NCBI GenBank assembly: GCA_036785375.1
Contig: JAWMAR010000035.1
Location: forward strand, 6,138,001-6,202,000
Direction of reading: 5' to 3'
DNA: 64,000 nt
Origin: Leucoraja ocellata
Lineage: Eukaryota
Positions within the stretch are counted from its first letter, which is position 1, and each line of letters begins with the position of its first letter. Position numbers and translations under genes: made by a program. The notes under the pieces were generated by a model, which saw only the letters and a list, made by a program, of their open reading frames with translations, was not told the origin of the DNA and did no database searches. Of the stretch, positions 21,901-34,532 are shown in pieces.

Positions 21901-24900
21901 TACATTAGGTGGAATTACATTAAATTGCTAAAGCTACACTGCCATAACAAAACTGAGTGTATTTTCATTAGCTGGTATTTACTGTAGATTACCAATTGTG
22001 GGAAAATAGCAGATTTCTAACAACCGTAGCACAGAATACCAAAAATACAATAAAAAATTGTCACTTTTCAAATTTGGATAATTTGAAAATGCAATTGTAC
22101 AATACTTATGATAGAGAGGAAACATACATTTCCAACGGATTGCTGAGTGACTACTTTGAACTCTGATCTACTAATATTCAGTTATTGAGAAAAGGATTCA
22201 CTGAATGGTTACTAAAAAGGATGCCATTTGGTAATGCAGTGCTTACTGGTTGCAAGCAACTATGCCACATTTTTGTAAAGTCAGTAAAACTGATGTTGAA
22301 AATCAAATATTAAAAAAACAAAACAATGTCTCGTAGGCTTTCACTATGTCACGGTACACATGATAATAAGCTAAACTAAAGGTCAGGCGTCTGTCTTTGC
22401 CCTGAAAATTAACTCTTTTCACAGCTGCTGCCCGACCTGCAAATTGTTTCAGCAATTTTTGTTTTTATTTGCACTTTATTGTGTTATCTGCATATTAGGA
22501 AATATCACTTAAATGCAAAATAATTAATCTGTATTCAAAATACTGGTCTCTGTGCCAACTATGTGGGAACTCCACTGCACACCCCACTTTGCCAGGTTCA
22601 GCAGAATTTCCCATCCCAAAGGATGGAAAAATATGCTCAGTTTCAAGCTCCCCCACAAGTCCATAGGCAAGTACGCTGCTGAATGGTTCAGGAAAATCTC
22701 CAATCCAAGACTTCATTGGTTAATTGTCCAGTAAAGTAAAACGTACTCGGAAGATCTGATTTTACAGCAGATATGTTTGGGTCTCAATATCGTGATTCTA
22801 CCCCAGGATACACAAAATCCTCAGGTACCAGTCTCATCTAACCTCCATATACCCACCCGCCTAAATCAATGCTCCTGTCATTTCCGTTGGTGTAACAGTA
22901 CCTACAGTTAAACCATATTTTTCTGTATCAGTCACAGCAAAGAACATCTCGCAATTGCATCAAATCATGGCTTTGTCACTAGCAACTGCCTGTTTGGGGA
23001 ACAGCAAGGGAGGGAAGGGCAGGATAGAAATGAACAAACATTGCTCAAGGATGCCTTCAATAGTTCAAGTGTTGTAACTTGTCAGGGCATTTCCTTCTGA
23101 ACACGGTCCTTATATGGCCATCTCTATTTGCCCATTTCAGAATATTTCTTTCTATTTCACTTCAATTGTGACTCAGCTTTAAAAAAAAAAATCACAAATG
23201 GGTGGATCAGGAAAGGGCTGCAGTTAATCATCACATGGTTGCCACGTTTAAAACATTAATCACCTGTCCATTGCAAAATTCCAACTAATTTAAATACGAG
23301 ATATAATATTTTAATGATTGTGCCACCAAAGACCTCCCTGTTGCCTTCATTTATTCAGCCAGTGACAAAAGGAGTCATGGAAGTGGGCTTAATGTCTAAA
23401 GGCCAGTTAACATGTTCAAGTCAAAGTTGCAGAATGATTCATGCAAAAATACAAGTCAATATCTGCTACAATAATTTCACCCCACCTCGCTCATTTAGAT
23501 TTATATTATCCCGTCAGAATTGTAGAAGGCAAGCTATTGTTCTTCATTCACATAGATTCTTACTTTTCCACTATTGACCCTTTTATACTTCTAGTCTTCT
23601 GTTGGCCACTGGCTCAAATTATCTTAGACCTCAATATTCCCTTACTGGGATTTAACATGGATCTTCTGGACATTTCACAAACAAATTAAATTTAAACCAA
23701 AAAAAACCCCAAACTGCAGGTGCTAGTACTTAGAACTGCTGACATATCTGAAACAATAAAATTTAATTTTAACAATTGCTTCCTAACCGAGTGTTTACAG
23801 CATTTTTTTGTTTTTATCACCAAATGATTTTCTCCTTTGTTATCACATGTTCATTTTGTGCAAACCCCAAACAAAGCCACAATGTCATCCTCCAAATACT
23901 TTCCAGACCTGACCCTTTGCTATCCTTAATTTACCCTTCAAATCACCGGGCTAGTTGAGTCTAATGTTGAGAATATTTGATCCTTCTCCCTACACTTGCC
24001 ATTCAACAGCTGTCCATGGAATACCGAGGCATTGGTCACTACTTTAGACAGTCAGCGAGTCTAAACTCCTCAGCAAATTTACAGTTCTCCAATTTGCTTT
24101 GCTGACCTTTTTCTTTTAAAAGCTCAATAATATGTTATCCCTGCAACACTTGTAATTTTGGCAATAAAATAGTTGAGTTATCATCAGTTCCCTTTCAAGT
24201 TATTGTCAGCCATTAACTAGCTTGGCCGTTGTTTGGTAACTAAAACACATTAATTGCAAGTTTCAGTGTTAAGCTAAAATTGATTTGAGGCAGAACTGAA
24301 CTTCAAAAAAAAGTGGATGGAGGGACATAACCAATTTCCAAATTGAACAGGAACAGCAAGAGTCTCAATTAACTTCACCCAGGTGTTGGCCTGGGGCTTC
24401 ATGCCAGAAGTAGACTGCATTTATTCTACAACTTTTTTTTGTTAAAATAAAAAATCCTACAACTTTACCAGCAATACAAAACTAGTCCAATTTTACTGTA
24501 GATGTGTGATTACAGCTAAAATCTTAATTTATTTTCATACCTATGCCAATAATTACTCAGTTAAGAATGTGTTGAACCATATTCCTGTTGGAAAAAGTTG
24601 GAAATTAAATGAAACGTTAAAACTTTACTGTACAGAAAATTAGGAATAAGTGATGATTAACTTGGGTAAGTGGAAGAGGGGATCCAGTGTTGCAAAGCAA
24701 TTGAAAAACTGCACCAATATGTTATTTGGATTCCATATTATACAAAATATCTGGTGCAAGATTTTACCACCACAGGATTTAGTTAGGGAATCACGTCCTC
24801 CAATCCAGTGCACGGTATTCAATGCTCACAATATGAGCTCTTGCACATTGGAAACAAAAAGTGCAGACTGTGTGGGTTACACACAAATACCTGCAGCTCA

Positions 24901-25177
24901 TCCTCAGGAGTTGCTGGTTGCTGCCACTTGAATTCTCCACCTCACTCCCATTCTGAAGCAATTCCTTGCTCCATTTCACCAGGATGTTGTCAGGGATGCA
25001 GTTATGAGCAGGAAGTGGAGGGGTTGCATCTGCTTTCTCAGGAATGGAGGTTAAGATAAGGCATGATTGAGGTATATTTTGAAGGTGGACTGCAGGAAAC
25101 ATTTCTTCACAGAGAAACTGGCAGAGTTTATATCAGGAACTTTTCAGTCACTTCCTCAATTGGCAGCAGCACTTGAA

Positions 25178-25847
25178 ACTTTTAAAATTTTTCCCCTGCA
25201 CGGAGAACCCGACCTTTCCCTGTCGGGTCTCAGGTGTCGTTGGGGCTGCACCGTGGAGCGGCCTCCAGCAGGAACGTCCTGGAGCTCCAGTCACGGAGCT
25301 GCGGAGCTACTCACCATCACGGAGCTGGCCGAGTCCGGAGCGGGAGGAGCGGTGGTGGCGCGCTGCTGCGACCCGACCCTCGGAGATTCGGAGGCTTACC
25401 GCAGGTCTGGTGGACAGTGACACCGGGAGCCCGCGGGTCCCTGCTGGGAGACCGCTTTTCGGGGCTTCCGCAACGGCGACTTCTCCCGCCCGAGTAGCTG
25501 GGTCGAGGATGACCTGGAGCGGGGCCTTACATCATCGCCCGGCGTGGCTTCAACGGCTGCAGGACTTTGCCAGCGCCCGCCCGGGGCTCCAACAAGACCC
25601 GGAGCGCAGCCTTGCATCACCCGGCGCAGCGTTAATGGCCGCGGGACAATTGTTATCGCCCGCCGGGGAGAGATACTTTTTTTTGCCTTCCATCACAGCG
25701 AGGTGGAGATGCGCTGTGATGGATGTCTGTGTAAATTGTGTTGTGTCTTGGGTCTTTTTTTTTCTTGTATGTATGACTGCAGAAACAACATTTCACTTGA
25801 GCCTCTATGAGGTTCAAGTGACAAATAAATTGTATTGTATTGTATTC
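25178..25847 (+). mobile_element. Non-coding GC-rich retroposon with stem-loop and (TATTG)n tail
   Basis: Highly similar to the reverse complement of 29101-29770. Ends GTGACAAATAAATTGTATTGTATTGTATT. Confidence 0.75.
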
Positions 25848-28800
25848 TGTGTACTGAAGCAAAGCAAGAATATCATTGTCCTATCAGGGACACATGACAA
25901 TAAACTCACTTGAACTTTTATAACCACCCTTGGTGAGAAGTGCCATATGGATTGTCCTTTCATCTCACCTATCACTGCAGAAGTTAATATTCATCAAATT
26001 TAATTCACAAATGTTGTTCCACAATAGTCACAAAATGGGGCTTAACCAAAATGCAAAAAAATCAATTGCATCATTTTGAAAAAGCAGAACAAATCCAATA
26101 TAGCTTGAGAATTCTAGTTTCCTACTAGTCAATGGTAAATTGATGGAAGATCTGTTGTTAATTGTGTTAAAGAAGCACTTACTTTACCAATGAACTGGCT
26201 ATCAAACGTTCAATTTGGTTTTCACTAGTTAAGTTCCAGATATTATTACAGTCTATAATTTAATTCATAGTTCCACAGGGGAATTCCTGCAATTAGTGCC
26301 TGCAATTGGTTTAATTGACAACATACAGCATCATAGGTCAATGTCCGTCAATCAAGAACAAAAAAAATCTCCCTACTGACTGGGACGTACCAGCTCAAAG
26401 TACAATGATAGTGAAGATTAATTACCTTAACCTAGAATATCGAGTCAGACATATATAGCACGGAAACTGGCTCTACAGCCCTCTGAGCCCAGGTCAGTGT
26501 GGACAACCATTCACTGGCACAAGAGTACCCAAGGGGAATATCATATGCCCAACCACCTTCAACTGTTTCATCAACAACTTCTTTCCATCACAAAAATCAC
26601 GTGAAGATGTTTGCACATTAGTAATGATTAAAACTAAATCTTTAATCAAAAAGCAACAAAAGTTGAAATATTGGAAATCTGAAATAAAAGGTGTCTGTAG
26701 ATGAGGTATACAGAATTGTGAGAAGCAAAAATGTAAAACCTATGGGGTATAAGATTTAAGGCAAGGGATTGGAGATTTAGAAAGGATCAAATAAAGAATT
26801 ATTTTAACCAAAGGCTAGAATTTGGAATGGTGTTTGATGGGGTGGTGGAGGCAGAGGCTTACAACATTTAACAAGTGTCTGGATAAACACTTGAATCACA
26901 AAGGCATAGAAGGCAATGAATGGGCCAAGTGTCATAAAACAGGATTAAGTATACATGGGTACTTGATGGTCAGCACAGATAGTGGTATTTACCTTGTGGA
27001 GGAACATTCTTGCAGTAGAAACAGTTCAAGGAAGGTTTACTTGTCCGATTCCTGGAATGTAAAAAGTTGGTTTTGAGGGAAAGCTAACTGACAGGGGTTT
27101 AGAAAAGTGAGAGATGATTTTATTAAAACAGATTCTGAAATGAGAAATTAGGCAATAATTCCAAATTTAGCAACAGAAATTGGCCCTTCAGCCCACTGAG
27201 CCAAGGTCAGTGTTGGCTTAGCTCCAGGGTGGGAGAATTTTCACCACAAGAGCTGTAGCAGTTCAGGGCAACTACTCACTGCATTCAGTGAAAATAAGAA
27301 CACAAGAAATAGTAGATGATCATTTGAATCCTCCATTCAATATACTCAATCTTAAACTTTTTTGCGTCTATCTTTAGTAAATTCACTACCTTCGGTGAAG
27401 TTTCTTCATTTTAACCCAAAAAAGCAACCCTTTATTTTGTGACGTGTGAATACATGGTGGACTTTCCAGTAACATTCACATCTGCCAAACAATTTAAAAA
27501 CTCTTGTTCCAAATTCCCTTGGTATCACCTCTCAACATTATGTCCCCCTTCACCATCATTCCAGTCTGAACCTCTCACATAGCTTTCTGTCCATGTAAAG
27601 AAACAAATGAGCAACAGACTTTATGACTTGGAGCTTGTTCTAACATTTAGCAGGACCACAGTCAATCTGATCTTGGCACAAGCTTCACTTTTCTAACCAT
27701 CACTCCAGGCCATTTCACATCCTTACAGAGCAAACATTGCAAAATATTCCATCTGTCCAACTCGATGGAATATATTCCAATGCTTAGTCTCCACAGTTGC
27801 ATGGGAAGATCATTTCAAAATTAACAACCTTTGGAGAAGAAATTCATCTTCAACAAGCAACTCCTTTTTTCTGAAATTATGTCCTCGGTTCCAGATTCCC
27901 TCGAGGGGAAACATCCTTTCTACATCAAACCATGTTAGAATCTTTCAGAATCTGTGTTTTAATAAAATTGTGCCTCATTTTCCTACATTGCAGACAGTTA
28001 ACCTTCCCTTCACAAACCAACTCTTTACATCCCAGATATCAACCGAGTGAAACTTCTTTGAACTGCCTCCAATGCGAAAACACTCCTCCACAAGGCAAAA
28101 TGTCAAAAAATCCAAAGCTCAGAGCACTGGCATCACAAATGCTTCTCATTTTCCTCAAGCTGTCTGTAGATAGTGACCTCGTTGTGGACACCATCCACTT
28201 TGATTGATGCCTATCCATCATTCAGTCAAGTGGGAATGCACTTATCTGGTTACCGCTGTAGATAAGAAAAATAAACCCTCCAATTACCCAATCTTCCTAC
28301 TCACACACCATTATCTCAACAGTTCACAGCCTCGCCTGGGGACCTTCCTCCTCTCCCCCACCATTTTCATCGATGCTGACACAGAAACCACAAGTTCCAA
28401 ATGTAAACGCACGAAAGCCCGAATCAGAAGTTTCTGAAAGTCGATAATGCCACAATGCACCTGGAGTAGAGACTCAACTCCCGAGTTAAGATATCCACAC
28501 TAGCTCAAAATTACTCGAAACATGTTGGAATTGCTTATTTTCAAATTCTTCCTCGACTTTGTTCCCTCCTTCATCCCCCATAAGGCTTAAATCTATGTGT
28601 ACCTCCAATTCAGGTATCTTGGACATCCGATTTAATTTGCTACAGTGGTTGCTGTGCTTTCAGCTGCCTCGACCAAAATTCAGAAATTATGTTTAAACTA
28701 TCGCTGCTCAAAACCTACCCTTTTTGATCAAGTATTTTACTCAACCATCCCGTTTATTCATGGGGTTTGGAGACAAATTTTGCTTAATAAGTTGTGTCTT

Positions 28801-29100
28801 TAGTTTTACAAAATGCAAGTGTTTTAAAGTCTTTCTTGATCAATAAAACATGAGATTTCTACCAAAGTTGTGGATTGCATTCACCACTGTCATGAAAATA
28901 AAATCAATAAACATTTCAAAAAGCTTTACTAAAACAACCGAGACTATTATCACATTTGATATTTCTATGGTAAGCATACTAGAAAAAAATTGAATCAGCC
29001 TGAAAGGTTGACCCAAAATGTCACCTATCAATGTTCTCCAGAGATGCTGCCTGTGTCCTATTGTGTAAACCAGCATCTGCAGTTCCTTGTTTCTAGTTCC

Positions 29101-29950
29101 TTGTCATTTGACCCTCAAATGAAGTTCAAACGAAATTTGGTTTCTGCAGTCATACAACAAGAAAAAAAACCAAGACACAATTAACACAAACATCCATCAC
29201 AGTGAATCTCCTCCTCACTGTGATGGAAGGCAAAGGCATTGTGATGGAAGGCATTGTCTCCCCCGTTTTCCATTCTTCTCCCGATGTTAAAGCTCCCGGC
29301 GGGTGATGGTAAGTCCCGCGGCCGCTAAGGCCTCGCCGGGCGATGCAAGGCCCTGCTCCGGGTCTTGATGTTGGAACCCCCGGCGGGCGATGGCAAGTTC
29401 CATGGCCGTTAAAGCCGCGTCGGGCGATGTAAGGCCCCGCTCCGGGTCGTTTGCAATCCCGCAATTCGGGCGAGAGAAGTTGTCGTTGCAGGAGCTCCTA
29501 AAAGCGGTCTCCAACCAAGGACCCGTGAGCTCCCGATGTCACCGTCCACCGGCTGGTGCCTCTGAAGTCGGGTCGCAGCCGCGCGCCACCACAGCTCTCC
29601 ACGCTCCGAAGCCGGCCAGCTCAATGATGGTGAGCCAGCAGGCTCTGCAACTGGAGCCCCCAGGCCGTTCCTGTTGGAGGACGCTCCACGGTGCTAGGCC
29701 CCAACGACAACGGAGACCCGACAGGGAAAAGGTCGGGTCCCTGTGCAGGGAAGAGATTAAAAGGTTTTCCCTCTCCCGCCGCCCACATATAAGTTTGTCT
29801 GCAGAAACCAAATTTCATTTGAACTTCATTTGAGGTTCAAATGACAATAAACGGTATTGTATTGTATACACAGCTAAAAACAATATATAAACTACAACCA
29901 AACTATACACTCAACAGGACAAAAATTTTAAAAAGACAGACGGACTGCAC
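29101..29950 (-). mobile_element. Same retroposon family, carrying an inverted extra copy of its own tail at 29799-29867
   Basis: Homologous to 25178-25847, and to the head of 15112-15788 at 29868-29950. Confidence 0.7.
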
Positions 29951-30310
29951 AGTTGTGTAAGAACCAACTTTTCCACATCTTCCAAGCACAATTACAGTAT
30001 TTCTTGGAAAAACAGCAGGCTTGAACTGGAGATTTCGAACTTGAGAGCTGCATGTTAATACCTGTAGTCACATTTCAGGTATGGAAGGAAAGGCGAGTAG
30101 GAAGGAACTGCAGATACTGGTTTACACCAAAGTGATGGACAAGTATGCAATACAAATGCATTATAAGGTAAATTTAATTACTAAACTTATTCAGTACATA
30201 TGCCCAGAACAAAATTCACCTACCGAAACATACCATCTTAAGGCAAAATATATAATTAGTGCAAAGAAAATGACTAATAATGCAGAAGGAAAAAAAATCT
30301 AGTCATAACT

Positions 30311-30765
30311 GCTCTACATCGGTGAGATCAAACGCAGGCTTGGCGATCGCTTTGCCCAACATCTCTGCTCAGTTTGCACGAACCAACTTGATCTCCCAGT
30401 GGCTCAGCACTTCAACTCCTCCTCCCATTCCAAATCCGACCTTTCTGTCCTGGGCCTCCTCCCTGGCCAGAGTGAGTCCCACCGCAAATTGGAGGAGCAG
30501 CACCTCATATTTTGTTTGGGTAGTTTACACCCCAGCAGTATGAACATTGAATTTCAGGTAGTCCTTGCTTTCTCCCTCCTTCCCCTCCCCTCCTCAACTC
30601 TCCCACAGCCTACTGTTTCCGCATTTTCCTTTCCTCTTCCCGTCCCCACTTCCCCACCCCCACATCAATCTGAAGAACGGTCTCGACCCGAAACGTCACC
30701 TATTCCTTCGCTCCATAGATGCAGCCTCACCCGCTGAGTTTCTCCAGCATTTTTGTCTACCTCTG
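30311..30765 (+). mobile_element. Penelope-like element 3' end: GIY-YIG endonuclease C-terminus plus pseudo-LTR
   Basis: Translates as LYIGEIKRRLGDRFAQHL...PVAQHFNSSSHSKSDLSVLGL...RKLEEQHLIFCLGSLHPSSMNIEF. Confidence 0.9.
30667..30700 (+). ncRNA. Minimal type I hammerhead ribozyme motif (Penelope-associated)
   Basis: CUGAAGA (30670-30676), stem II GGUC-UC-GACC, GAAAC (30690-30694), GUC triplet. ACGU palindrome replaces stem III; stem I is weak. Confidence 0.7.
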
Positions 30766-31711
30766 ATTTTATTGTAATAAGCTTTTGGATGCAAAGAAAC
30801 TTAATGATCATTGTGATTAAAAAAAATTCCCAATACACCAGTTAGAACCGGTTAGAAACAGTGACTCAGCAAACGAAGAAGTTTAAGAGGTTAATACAAT
30901 TTGCCAAGTCATTACAGGCGTTTTAACATTTCTGGAAGCTCCGAGCTGATACCTGCTTGGGCATGCAGTTCATCTTCACAATGCTTTGCTCCAGGAAGGC
31001 TGCAAGTATTGTCAAGGATGAATATCACTCTGGCCATTCCCTTCTCTCTTTTTTTTAATCTTGTGGGAGAAGGTAAAGTATCATGAATGTTTGGGCAACC
31101 AGACTCAAGAACAGCTTCTCAGCTTCTCCCCCCCCCCCCCCCCCCCCCCCACTGCTAGATGGCTGAACCAATCCCTTTTCATATCCCATTCCCAGAGATG
31201 CAGCCCTCTATCTCTATTCTTACCTCCATCTCATTTGGTTGTCGTTATTGTACTTTAATATAATTTTGCACTACTCAGAGTTTGTACTACAATCTTGCAC
31301 CATTCTCCCATTTTGCACTCATCATTGTATTCGTCATTACTATATGTATACTGTTTATTCTGTGAATACACAATAAATTGCATTGCATCCTGGTGTATAT
31401 GACAATAATCTAATAATTTAATCTATCCAGCAGTTTTAGCTATGACAGTACAACCTTGGAGTTGGTGAAAATGTTTTACAGAAGATGCAAAATCAGCAGA
31501 ACACCAAAATAGTCCAGAAAATAGGTCTACATGCATGTCAGCAGAATTAAAAAAGGTCAGAACAGATGTTTAAATATTTTTGCTTCACTAAATGTCCTTC
31601 AGAAATTAGTCCAAAACCTAAACAAGACTATCTTGTTCTGGAATAGCCCCCTAGGGTGTGAAATTCATCTTTACATCGCCTGAGTCACCCTTCCAACTGT
31701 ATCTAAATCAA

Positions 31712-31890
31712 AAGGAGACATAAGGAACTGAAGATGCTGGTTAACAAAAAAAATGCTCGAATAACTCAGCGAGTCGGGCCACATCGCTGGAGAACATGGT
31801 TCGGCGATGCTTCGGATCAGGACTGGATTCAGACTGATGAAGGTTCCTGGCCCGAAACATCTCCTATCCATCTTCATCAGAGATGCTGTG
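31712..31890. mobile_element. Fold-back Penelope-tail element with a hammerhead core
   Basis: Inverted arms with CTGATGA (31834-31840)...CCCGAAACATC. Confidence 0.7.
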
Positions 31891-32526
31891 TGATTGTTAC
31901 CCTTGCATTCGTCTTTTTTTGTATCTAAAAAGAATTCAGAGACATGGCTCACCCCCAGCTCCCCAGACTCAGCAGTCCAGCCTGATGGGTTCTCCATCCA
32001 CCGTATGGACCGTACCCTGGCATCTGGGAAAGGGAGAGGAGGGGGCGTCTGCCTCATGGTCAACTCTGCATGGTGCTCAGTGGCAGTCCTATCCAACTCC
32101 TGCTCTCCACACCTCGAACATCTGGCGGTGAAGTGCCGTCCCTTCTACCTCCCAAGGGAATTCACCTCCATTATCCTGACCGCGGTCTACATCCCATCCC
32201 AGGCAGACGTCCGTCTGGCACTGGAGGAGCTGCACGCCGTGGTCAACAAACACCAGACATCTTATACCGAGGCATTTACCACCATTGCTGGGTACTTCAA
32301 TAAGGCAAACCTAAAGAAATCACTCCTAACTTCCACCAACATGTCTCCTGCTGCACCAGAGGACCTAACACCTCGACCACTGCTACACCACCATCAAGAA
32401 TGCCTATCGTTCTATCCCTCGCCATCACTTCGGTAAATCCGACCATACTGCAGTGCTGCTTCTTCCTGCCTACAGGCAGCAATTAAAGAGCGCACCCCCA
32501 GAAGAGAGGACAGTACAGAGCTGGTT

Positions 32527-32543
32527 GGGGGGGGGAGGGGGGG

Positions 32544-32600
<57 letters not shown>
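32527..32600 (+). repeat. Poly-G tract (~74 nt) inside the LINE ORF
   Basis: Seen directly, with two A interruptions. Confidence 0.9.
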
Positions 32601-32603
<3 letters not shown>

Positions 32604-34532
32604 AGGAACAACTCCAGGACTGTTTGGAGTCTGTAGACTGGGCAATGTTCAAGGACTCGGCAACAGAATACGCCACAGTCATTACAGACTTCGTAAAGAA
32701 ATGTGTGGAGGACTGCATCCCTACAAAAACTTCCGAGTGTTTCCCAATCAGAAACCTTGGATGAACTTTGAGATCCGCACTCTTCTGAAGTCCAGACACA
32801 GGGCATTCACTTCCGATGATACAGTGGCCCACATGAAGTCCAGATACGATCTTGGTAAGGCCATCAAAAGGCCAAAAGGGACTTCTGCTCCAAACTGTTC
32901 GGCAGCTGTGGCGGGGCCTGAATGCAATCACCTCCTACAAGGCGAAACCAGGAGGCAGCTCGAATGTCGGTGAAACATCACTCCTGACGAGCTCAATGCG
33001 TTTTACGCACAGTTTGATAGGGAGAATACTGATGTGCCTTCCCGATCCCCCATTTGCTGTGGTGGCATTTCAGTCTCAGTCACAGAGGCCAACCTAAGGA
33101 AATCCTTCAGAGGAGTGAACCCCCGAAAAGCACTTGGACCTGATGGTATACCAGGTCGTGTTCTAAAAACCTGTGCGGACCAACTGGCTGGAGTGTTTTC
33201 AGACATTTTCAACCTCTCACTTCTGAGGTCTGAGGTCCCCACCTGCTTTAAAAGGGCATCAATTATACCAGTGCCCAAGAAGAGTAAGGTAACGTGCCGC
33301 AATGACTATCGACCAGTGGCACTAACGCCGGTGGTGATGAAGTGCTTTGAGATGTTGATCATGGAGTAAATCAACTCCCACCTTTACAAAAACCTGGACC
33401 CACTGCAGTTCGCTTACTGCCACAACAGATCAACGGTGGATGCGATCTCGCTGCCCTCCACTCCGCTCTGGACCACTTGGACAACAAAAACTTATATGTC
33501 AGGCTGTTATTCATCGATTACAGCTCGGCATTTAACACAATTATCCCCTCCAAGCTGGTTACCAAACTCGCAGAACTGGGTCTCTGCGCATCCCTCTGCA
33601 ATTGGTTCCTCGCCTTCCTCATTCACAGATCACAGTCTGTTCGTATTGGTGGAAATGTGTCAGCCTCGATAACAATCAGCACGGGAGCACCTCAAGGCTG
33701 CATGCTCAGCCCCCTGCTGTACTCGCTCTGTACTCATGACTGCATAGCCAGTCACAGTGCGAACTCCATCATCAAGTTCGCTGACGACACCACTGTTGTG
33801 GGGCGTATCACTGATGGGGATGAGTCAGAGTATAGAAGAGAGATCGAGCAACTGTCCATATGGTGCCAGCACAATAACCTGGCCCTCAACACCAGCAAAA
33901 CCAAGGATTGTGGACTTTGGAAGGAGTAGGAGGGGGACCCACAGCCCCATTTATATCAACGGGTCGATGGTTGAAAGGGTCAAGAGCTTCAAATTTCTGG
34001 GCGTGCACATCTCTGAAGATCTTTCCTGGTCCGAGAACACTAATGCAATTATCAAGAAAGCTCATCGGCGCCTCTACTTCCTGAGAGTCGGTTTGTCAAG
34101 GAAGACTCTCTCTAACTTCTACAGGTGCACAGTAGAGAGCATGCTGACCTGTTGCATCGTGGCTTGGTTCGGCAATTTGAGCACCCTGGAGAGGAAAAGA
34201 CTACAAAAAGTAGTAAACACTGCCCAGTCCATCATCGGCTCTGGCCTTCCTTCCATCGAGGGGATTTATCGCAGTCGCTGCCTCAAAAAGGCTGGCAGTA
34301 TCATCAAAGACCCACACCATCCTGGCCACACACTCAACTCCCTGCTACCTTCAGGTAGGAGGTACAGTAGCCGGACGACTGCAACAACCAGGTTCAGGAA
34401 TAGCTACTTCCCCACAGCCATCAGGCTATTAAACCTGGCTCGGACAAAACTCTGATTATTAATAACCACTTTTCTGTTATTTGCACTTTATCAGTTTATT
34501 TATTCATGTGTGTATATATTTATATTATGGTA

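Noticed and set aside
22495-22716. 73-aa ORF in unique sequence
   Set aside because: No recognisable homology or splice structure.
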